In this document: positions 55,108-64,000 of the stretch, one piece after another
Layout: each line of letters begins with the position of its first letter
Position numbering within the stretch: position 1 is the stretch's first letter
NCBI GenBank assembly: GCA_963823665.1
Contig: CAWGMQ010000007.1
Coordinates: 544,001 to 608,000 of the forward strand
Reading direction: 5' to 3'
Length of the DNA stretch: 64,000 bases
From: an uncultured Planctomycetota bacterium
GTDB lineage: Bacteria; Planctomycetota; Planctomycetia; Isosphaerales; Isosphaeraceae
The notes under the pieces: model-generated
Database searches by the model: none
Told to the model about the DNA's origin: nothing
What the model saw: the letters and a program-made list of their open reading frames with translations, nothing else
Made by a program: the position numbers and the translations under genes

Positions 55108-55542
55108 TCACCTGGGCGGTCTTGCGAGCCGATCCACTCGGTCGATTGAACGAGCGTTTTCGTCGTCATGTGGAAACGGCGAGCAATCCGATCCAAAACT
55201 GGCCGGACCGTTTTCGCAGCAGCCAGAGAGCTCGACTCGCCCGCTCGCCGGCGGCTCCGCACGCGGTGGAATGGAATCTCCCGAGCAGCGCAAGCCGGCG
55301 CACGGTGAAGTCGGCACGCGGTGATGGGGTGCCTCGGGCAACAGGTCCTCAGTCTTCAAGTCCCCTGCCACCAATCGGTCGAGAGAAAAGGATCCAGAAG
55401 CCAGCGACTGCCCGTTCACTCTGACGTCGTGCGAACATCCCGCTTGGACGCTGCCGGGCGCGGCCGTCCCGACCGCCGCAATCAGCAAGCCCGCTATGAG
55501 CCATACAGGTGTGCGTCGCCGTCGACGGACATGCAACATCAT
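55108..55542 (-). CDS. Cys-rich exported leader protein ending in RPPR (DUF2946-like; candidate arrest peptide)
   Basis: Basic N-region, hydrophobic signal, AGCSH, PCAGLRCS, GCC, C-terminal LARPPR-stop. Confidence 0.65.
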   Translation of the reverse strand: MMLHVRRRRRTPVWLIAGLLIAAVGTAAPGSVQAGCSHDVRVNGQSLASGSFSLDRLVAGDLKTEDLLPEAPHHRVPTSPCAGLRCSGDSIPPRAEPPASGRVELSGCCENGPASFGSDCSPFPHDDENARSIDRVDRLARPPR

Positions 55543-55733
55543 GCGGATCGTTTCCGTGAAACCCGGCTCAATGGTTCGAAAACAGGAGTCGGAGATTTGT
55601 GGATTCGCGAACGGACGCATTCAAACCCACACTTCAATCTACCCTGGCAACTGCGCAATCGCAAGTGTTATTCTCGAGCTCGGTTCTGTCAACAAGAAAT
55701 GCGTTGCGAGCCCAGCCGTTTGGGGGGGAACTT

Positions 55734-56252
55734 GTGACCAGGCAACTGGTTCGCTATGGCAGCGTCATCACGATTGTTGTCGCCGCCGTGGCGGTGATTT
55801 TTTACGAGACTCGCCCCAATTCGCGTCCGGTGTCCCCAACCGCCTTGCCCGAGCGTCCAGTGGCCCGGGCTGCGGTCGAGAAGTCGCTCGGCCGCTGGCG
55901 CGACTCGCTCGGGAGCGAGACCACGGGACTCAAGTCCGAGCAAGTCGTGTTCGTCGACCAGCAGCGGCGGCCCGCGCAGCGGCTCCGCGCGTTCGCGCTC
56001 TTGGGCGATTTCGAGCACGAATCTTGCCGGTGCTTCAAGGTCAGGCTCGACCTGAGCGAGCCCGAGCAGTCGATATTGGCTGTCTATTATGTCTTCGGCC
56101 GGGATCCCATATGGGTGTACCGCGCCGAGGATTTTGAACGGATTATGCATTGGGAGATGGATATGTCAGCCACCGCGAAAGCGGCGCCTGATCCCGGCAA
56201 TGAAGCGAAGTCGCAACCCGCACGCGCTGAGCAAGCGCAAAACGGCCGGTGA
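55734..56252 (+). CDS. Membrane-anchored paralog of the 53294-53758 protein
   Basis: N-terminal TM; ARAAVEKSLGRW, YYVFG..PIWVYRAEDFER. Confidence 0.7.
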   Translation: MTRQLVRYGSVITIVVAAVAVIFYETRPNSRPVSPTALPERPVARAAVEKSLGRWRDSLGSETTGLKSEQVVFVDQQRRPAQRLRAFALLGDFEHESCRCFKVRLDLSEPEQSILAVYYVFGRDPIWVYRAEDFERIMHWEMDMSATAKAAPDPGNEAKSQPARAEQAQNGR

Positions 56253-56349
56253 TCCAAAGAGATCCCCGCCCTGCCCCTTGAACGCTGCAACGAGGTGCTC
56301 GTGTCGTTCAAGTGGCCCCCTCGGAACGGCCGGCACCTGCCCACGACGC

Positions 56350-59300
56350 CTAGCGGAAGCCGCCTGCGGGAGCGCCCTTCCTCATTTCCGGGGGCTGATT
56401 GTAGCGCTGTTGCAGACGATTGAGCTGCTTCAGGTTATTGGTCGAGTTCTGCATTTTGAGATTGCTGTCCAGCGCCTGGTTGGCATCCGGGGCACTGTTC
56501 GGAGCCTGCCCACCCCGCACTTCCTGCGGCTTACCGGCGGCCGGGACGGAAACACCCAGATGAGTCGTACCGCGGTAGAAGGCATATTCAAGATCCCCCT
56601 TGCGAGCAACCGCAGTCACCACCCCGAAAACGCCCTCCGCAACAAAAACTCCTCGAAGGTCGGTTGTTCCCGAGATGAACTGCGGGTTGGCGCTGCCGAT
56701 CACCTTGACCTGCACCTTGGGCAAGAGATTCTTGCTGTGGGCGTCGCGCAGCGTGATGCGCACCCGCCCCGCCGCCGCATCTTCGAGCGCCTCGATCTCG
56801 AGGGGCGATACCAGAACGATTCCCGACGCGTACAGGTTTTCACCGCGAATCATCGCCAGGTAAGCACCTTCCTTGGTCAGAGGCAGGTCGATGGCTCGCG
56901 ACTGGTCGTCGTAGTCGGCGCCGGAGCCCAGGGTGATAGACTTCTCAACCAGCGGAGTGATGCCGGCCAGGTCGATTCCGGAAATCCCGTTCAAGTTGCG
57001 CCGCGTGAGGTAGAGCTGCATCAAATCAACGGGATAAACCTTGACGTCGACCTGCGCGATGTTGCGAAAGTCGAGGCTGATGCCCGGCTTGGCCGGGGGC
57101 TCGCTCGGGCGCGCGGTCGCACCGACAACATCCACGACCCGAAATCCCCGTTCCGGGTTTTCCCCGGCGGGGCGAGCCGCGACTGCTCCCTGAGCAGCCG
57201 GCCTCACGATGGACACTTCGGGAACCTTCAGGTCCTTGCGAGTGTAGGCCTGGATGGCGCCGGCCGCGTCGCCGAAGCGATCGGCAACTTGCTTGTAGTA
57301 CTCGAGTGCTTTGGCAGGCTGACGGCGAGCGTCGAAGATCTGACCCAGAATGTAGACGGCCTGCCACTTGTTCGGGCTGGGTACTTCGGCCCCGGAAGAA
57401 TCCTTGTACATTGCATTCGCGATCGCCTGCGCAAGCTCGACCGCCCGGTCGTACTGGCCAAGATGGAAATTGGCGAGTGCATCGGCGTACTGGAAACTGT
57501 CGAAGAAGGTGCTCTTGGGATAGAGCTTCGCGAACCGGGCCGAGAGCTTGTCCACCGACTTGAAGTCCTCGAGCTCGATGTAGGCGCCGACCAGGGCGAG
57601 GCTCGCCTCGTCGGCCACCGGGTTCTTGGGAGAGCAAGCGAGGAAGGTCTGGATCATGCGGATCGACTGCGAAAGCAACTGCGATCGCGTGACTCCGGCG
57701 ACAGCCAGCTCGTGACGGAGCCCGGGGTTGGTGAACGCCTCGTCCGCCGTTTTCACCACGAGCTGCGAAAGACCGAAGAAGTCGCTTTCGATCGAAGCAG
57801 TATTCGGGTAGGACCGCCAGAGATCGACCAGGTAAGCGATCGCCTCCAGGGACTTGCCGCGCTGGCTCAGCAGCTCGCCGACGCGAGCATCCTCGAGATA
57901 ACTGGCCTCGATCAGGCCGCGCCAGACGATCATCGCACGCTCATATTCCTTGATCTCACGGTACGCGTTGCCGATCGAAAGAAGCTCTTTGAACGTGAGG
58001 ATCAGCTCCGGAGCCTTCTCCTTCACAACCTCGAAGTAGGTGACGATCTTGCGCGGCTGCTCCTGTTTGATATTGACCAGAAGCAGCATGCGCGCGGCGT
58101 CCTTGGCGATGTCGTCGCGCAGGGTGTAGCCACCGAAAAGCGGCTCGAGGGCGTCGCCGGCCTCTGCGAAACGCCCGGCGTCGAACTGGGCCTTGCCCCG
58201 AGCGAACAGCTCGTCGGGTGTCGGCCGGTACGGGTCGGCGCCGGCCTCACCGGCCTGCCGCACGCGCAGCTCGCCCGGGCTGCCCAGGTGGAATCGTCCC
58301 GGCTCGTAGGCGCTCCTGATCGAGGGGGGCAACGCCCGATACTGGCCGGGAAGGTACCCGTACACGTCGTACGAGATCGCGTCCGGATTCTGATTGGGAG
58401 CAAAGTAGAACGTGAGAACGCCGTCGGCAAGCTCGAACGACGTGGCGCTTGTGCTGACCGAGCCGTCGATCAAGGTCGTGCCCGCCGGGATCTGTTCTTC
58501 AACGATCAAGAAGTCCCGCTCCCATTCGGGCGTGCTCGCGGGAATATTTCGGTGCGCCGTGAGCACGATGTGAGCCTTGCCACCCAGCGCGACCTGGCTC
58601 GCGACGTTCTCGAAAGTCTCGGGGTTCACGGCAACGCCGAAGCCCGTGGGCAGCACCTTGCCATCGAGCTCCGGAGCCGACGGGTAATAGACCCGTCGCG
58701 ACACCACGGCAACGCGGTTCGCCTGTTTCTGGTCGGGCGCGAAGTCGCGCGTGAACCCCTGGAGCGTGGCGGCGTATCCGAAGCGTCCGCGGCCTTCCAT
58801 GTCGAAGCGAATGCGATTCGCTTGCCCCACCTTCACCGACTTGAGCGGGACGGGGATCGCTGCTCCGGCGGTCGCGCCGGTGACATTCATCTCGACGAGC
58901 TTGGTGTCGTTGACCGTCACCGTCAGCTTGTAGCGATCTTCGGCACGCTGGGCGAGTCCGTAGTAAGCCGCCAGTGCGGCGAGCGCCGGCCCTTTGGCTT
59001 TGTTCGGCCGCCAGCCGGTGCCCGTGCGGTGAGCGTTGAGATAGGCAACAGCGCCTTCAAGCTCGGCCGCCTGAGGCCGAACCCGTGCGAATGCCAAGCT
59101 CACAAGCGCGGTCGTCTCGATCGCCCCGCGCACGCTCTGCGATTTCTGCGCGGAATCCCAGTACACCCGCCCCGGCCGCCCCGGCGCTGTCGGCTCGGTC
59201 TTGGCGCGAGACGCAAGTATGCCGATCAGCTCGTTCGCCAACGTTGCCCGATCGAGATTCGCCAGCGCAAGTGCCAGATACGCCAGCGCCGGGTCGGAAA

Positions 59301-62300
59301 GCCCGTTGCGCACGCGATTCAGGCTATTGGCCGCTTCGAAAGAAGCCGCGCGCCGGGTGCTCTGCGCGTGCAAAACGCGCCGCGCGCGTCTCGTGGTCGT
59401 TGCCGCTGAGCTTGGCGAATTCCGCGCTCAAATACGCGACCGCCTTGTCGAGAATCTTCACGTCGGCGAGCAGCCCGAGCGGCTCGGCCGACGCGAGCGC
59501 CCAGACTGTGGCGGCCGAGGCGAGGCGATCGCTCGGTGGCACGGCTGGCGTCTTCTGGCCCAGGCGCGGGCTGGATTCGGGGCTGACCCATGCCCATCCG
59601 CCGTCTTCGTTTTGAGACGACACGATCGAGGCAACCAACCCCTCGATTCGCTGAGAAAGTCGCCCGGCCTCCGGCGCCAGCCCCGCGGCTTTGGTCGTTC
59701 GCAGATATTGCAGGGCCGAGGTGGCGGCAAGCAGCTCAGCCGCGCGATCGGCCGTGGTAAAGGGCGGTGGATAGCAAATGCGCCGAGCTGCATTCTGCGC
59801 CGGATTCCTGAGCGCCGCAAACGCATCATCGCCGACGGCCATCTCGATGAGCGACCGTTCGAGGCTCGGCGATAACACGATCAGCATTTCCGGGTTTTCG
59901 TATGAACGGCCCGGCGGAAGCCCCACGAATACGGTTGTGCTCTCACTGGCGGTGCCGGACTCCGACGCGACGGCCTCGACACCCCAGGGACGCACCGGCA
60001 CGTTGACGCCGATCTCGTCGCTTGCGCCGCCGATCGTGCCCCGGAGGGACAGCCTGACCGATTCGGCTTCAGGGATTTCGAATAGATCAAACACGATTTC
60101 CTCGACACCGTCCTTCGAAAGCTCGATCGATTTCGGAAACACTTCCTCACGCCCCGCGGCATAGACTGTGAGCTGAAGGGCAAGCTTTCCGGTGACGCCG
60201 GTATGATGAACCTGGCCGAGGAACCGCGGCTTGTCGCCTTGAGTGAGCGACGCGGGAACCTTCAGGTCGACGAAGAAGCTCTTCCGCACCGTGACCGTCG
60301 CCGTCGTCTGGCCCGCCAAAGTGTCGGCGCCGGTGACGCCCCGCGCTGTGATGCGGTACTCCGAAAGCGCCGACGGAGCCTTGAACGTGACACGGGTCTT
60401 GCCGTCCTTGCCGGTCACGACGAGCGGGTTCCAATAAGCAGTCTCGACGAATCGGTCACGCGCTTGCGGCTCATTCTGGGCGAAATCAGCGTCACCAAAT
60501 GCAGCCCAGCCGGCAAGTCCGCGGCCAAGCCGGGTGTTGAGAGCGAAGTACTGGTTCTCGTGTCCGCGGTTGGCAACTGAACTGTCTTTCTTGTCACTCG
60601 CTTCTTCAGCTTTCTCGCCCGCCATCGCGCTCAGGTCGGCGACGGCCTTGGTCTCTTCCCCACGCCCGCCGCCTCCTCCCCCACTCGAGCGGCGCATGCG
60701 CCTGCGGGTCGGACCAGACTCCGGCGCGAGTCCCGCTCCTTGGGTTCCAACGATCAGAGGCGCAGGAGCCGCTGGCGCTTGTCCGACCTCGATCTGGCTT
60801 TTGGCCAGGCCTTTGACGGTCGCGTCACGTCCGGCTTCATCCGCAGCCAAAGCGGCCACGAGCTCGCGTTCCTCGACTAACGCAGAGGCGACCGCGCTCG
60901 TCGCCGGGGCATACCGAAACGTGTTGGTCGCCTCCGTGGCGAACGCCCCCGTACGGGTTTGGCCGAAGAAGAAGGGCCCGATCTCGGGCAGCGGATCGTT
61001 GTACAGACGCAGGAGCGACTGATCAACAACGGCGATCGAAAGCTCGGAGGCAACGGGCCGGCCGAGCTGATCGACGGTCGTGACCTCGATTTCAACCGTG
61101 TCGCCCGGCCCAACAGCAGGCTTCGCCACGGCAAGCTCGACTCTCAAGTCGCGTTCAACCTGCACATCGAGCCGGGCCTGATCCAGCTCGTTCTTGGCCA
61201 TCCGGGTCGCCGTGAGCGTGAAGTTGGGAAACTGTGCTCCATCGATGGCCCAGGCGACGGGGTTGTTCCCGACATTCAAGCGAACGAGCTTGTACGTCAA
61301 GATCCGGTCCGCTTCCCACGTCAGAAGCGCGGTGCCCGCCCGGTCGCGGCTATGCAGATTGACGCTGGCTTCCTCGCCCACCTTGAATCGCTGGCGATCC
61401 GCGAGCAGACGCAGCTTGGCTTCATCCTTCCTTCCTGAGATCGCCAGCGGCTTATCGGCCACAATCGGGTTGCCGAACCGATCTGTCCCTGCGACGCGCA
61501 CGACGTACAGACTTCCATCCGTATCGTCGATCCGCAGGGCAATTGATCCGTGCCCTGTCTTCGAGTCGGTCTTCAATTGCTTCCGCACGATCTCCCGCTC
61601 GGTGATTTGCCCTCCCGAGCGAATCAGCTTGATCACGGTGGCGGAGAGCGGCTGTCCCAACGGCTTGCCCTGGGCGTCGGCCGTGTTGACCTGAAGCTGG
61701 AACGCCTCGCCGTCCAGGTACAGATCGCGCGTGGTGTTCACGCTGATCCGGAAACCCTGAATCGCCAGCATCACGCTTGCGGCCGTCGCCACGTTGTCCT
61801 GCGTGAGCCGCGCAGCCAGAACGAGCGTCTGTTCCTCGGCAAAACCCTCCGTGGGAAACTCCACCGCGAATTGCCCGGCTCCGTCGGTCGTTCCGTGCAG
61901 GATCCGGCCGTCGGGAAGCTGCACATCGACGGGCCGGCCGGCCACCGGCGCTCCATACTGATACTTCGCGACCAGCGTCGCCTGCACCGGCTCGCCGCGA
62001 TAGAAGACGGTCTTCTTCAAGTCGAACGAGAGACCGATCGGCTCGAGCTGATAGGAGTGAACCTCGAAGCTGCCCGAGAATTCGCTTTTTCCCGGCTGGA
62101 AGACCCGGATGCGGTACGTCCCTACCGCCGCGGAGCTATCGAGCGTGAGCGTTTCGTGGAATGTTCCGAAGTCGGAGAGCGCGACCGGCCGCGCTGCGAT
62201 CAATCGGCCGCGGCTGTCGGCCACTTCATATCGATAGATCGCCTTCGGTACATGCGCGTACTGGCCCAGAGCGACTTCTCGCACCACGCCCCGAATCGCC

Positions 62301-64000
62301 ACCTTGTGGCCGGGGCGATACGCCGGGCGATCCGTGTAGATATAAGCGCGCGCCGTCAACCCCTGGGCGGCCCGATCGGGAACTCCCAGCCCGCTTCCGG
62401 CGACGTGCTGGCCGTCCATCAGTAAGTAGGTCAGACGGCCATTGCCGGCGCGGCTCGGTTTCCAGTCGCGCAGCAACACTCCGTCGGCCCCGGTCGTGGC
62501 GTCCAGAACAATCTGACCGCCTTCCGAGACCAGCACCCGTGCCCGCGCTCGCCCCTGGCCGGTCTTCATGTCCTGCGCGAAGACCAGAATCTGGTTGCGC
62601 GAGGTCTTGACGATGGCGTCCAGGTCGCTGCCCAGAACGAGAGTCGTCGCCTGAAGCGTCTTTTCATCCGTCACCTTGACAACGTAAACACCGGGAAGAG
62701 CGAGTTTCTTCAGCTCGAATTCCGCTTCGGTCGGTTTGTAGCGGGCGTAACCCGGGACCGGAGCTGTCCAGGCCGCGTCGGGCGCGACGAGCCCGATATC
62801 GAGCGACTCGACTCGCTCGAGCCCGCTCTTCTTGCGGAAATACGCCTCCGCATTCAGCTTGTAGGCCGTGAAGTGGAGCGTCTCGATGTTGCGCGTGGTG
62901 ATTTTGAGCGCGGCGGTCTCGCCGAGTTCGGAAGGTGCGCGGTGTGATCGACCACGAGCGCCTTCCCCTCCATGACGGCGATCCGCTGCGCCGCCTGAGC
63001 GTGCCACGGCTCCACGGTGATCTTTCTGAACCGCTCGATGGCCTCCCCGGGCTTTCCCAGCTCGATTTCGTACAGCGAAGCGGTCGTGAACTGGGCGTGC
63101 GCCGCCGGCTCGCTCGAGGGGAACTTGCCGGCGAGTGACTCCCACGCCGCAATCGCCTGGTCGTACTGTTTTTCGGTCGCGAAGCTCTCGCCGATCTGGA
63201 AAAGCAGCACGGGCACGCGGCCGTCAAGCGGATTCTGAGCCACGAATTCGGTCCAGGCGGTGCGTGCCGCGGCGAACCGCGATCGGCTCAAATGGTCGGC
63301 CGCGATCATGAGTTGCGTGTCGAGCACCGCCCGCTGTGCGTCGGCGCTTTGAGGGCCGTTCGGGAACTTCGCCAGGTAGCCCTTCCACGCCGCGATCGCC
63401 TCGGCGAACTTTTGCTGGCCCTGCAGGATCGCGCCAATCTTGAACGACGCGTCCATCGCAAGCTCCGCCCAATCGTGACGCGCTTCGGGCGAACCGATCT
63501 GAACGGGCTCCTGCTTGAGGAACTGGTTGAACGCTTCAAGTGCCTCATTGCTCTTTCCTCGCGCGAGATACGACGACCCAACCTCGTGCGCGGCCCGGAT
63601 CGCTTTCGGATGAGCCGGATACGCAGCGAGGAAACGCCGCAGCGCCGCCACTCCCTGGTTCAAACTCGTGTCATCCGGCGGATTGGGCAGTCCGTAGGTC
63701 GCGGTGATGGCGTACATCGCATCCGCCCGGATCGCGGCGGCGTCGTTCAGAAAGCTCGGCCGGCCTGAGCCGCTCGATCTCCCGCGCCAGATCGGTCCAC
63801 GTTCGCCGCGCCAGCAACGGCTGATTGAGTCTTCTGCTGGGCCTCGCCAAGCTGGAACCGCACCGCGAGCCGATCCTCTCCCGCCGGATACTCCTGAACG
63901 TAGAGCTGGTCATTTTCGACCGCGCGCGCAGGGTTGCCGGCCGCCATGCTCGCACGCCCCATCGTGTACAGAAGGCGTGCCCGAAGGGCAGGACTTTCAG
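56350..64000 (-). CDS. Giant TPR-containing alpha-2-macroglobulin-like protein; 5' end outside the window; frameshifts near 59375, 62945 and 63760
   Basis: YTDRPAYRPG, AKYQYGAPV, RDRFVETAYW, SQNEDGGWAW, IETTAL, EEQIPAG, PGQYRALP; TPRs on both sides. Confidence 0.85.

Noticed and set aside
56089..59409. 1106-aa plus-strand ORF
   Set aside because: Antisense shadow of the A2M-like gene; no motifs; common in high-GC DNA

Overview
GC-rich bacterial DNA with typical Planctomycetota (Isosphaerales-like) content. Genes: Tat-exported hydrolases, a TetR-devBCA exporter, a PEP-CTERM protein with a CAAX-related protease, an ECF sigma-WD40 fusion, a Hint-domain protein, Ser/Thr kinases with TPR or WD40 repeats, BlaI/BlaR1(M56), DUF1800/DUF1501, a DUF1559 prepilin-like gene, and the 3' part of a giant TPR/alpha-2-macroglobulin-like gene. 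The centre (about 24.4-45.1 kb) is an accessory zone holding a MITE, a GxxExxY remnant, REP-flanked tyrosine-transposase remnants, an IS1182/IS5-like element, an IS3 remnant and an IS110 element with a candidate bridge RNA. Many genes carry small indels, probably long-read errors. The strongest leads are (1) a Cys-rich, signal-peptide leader ORF ending in RPPR upstream of the DUF1559 operon (candidate arrest-peptide sensor), (2) the IS110 non-coding RNA whose loop matches the element end, (3) a direct-repeat-bracketed kinase segment, and (4) a thioester-less TPR-macroglobulin. No rRNA, tRNA or CRISPR was seen. All family assignments come from motif recognition by eye, not database searches.
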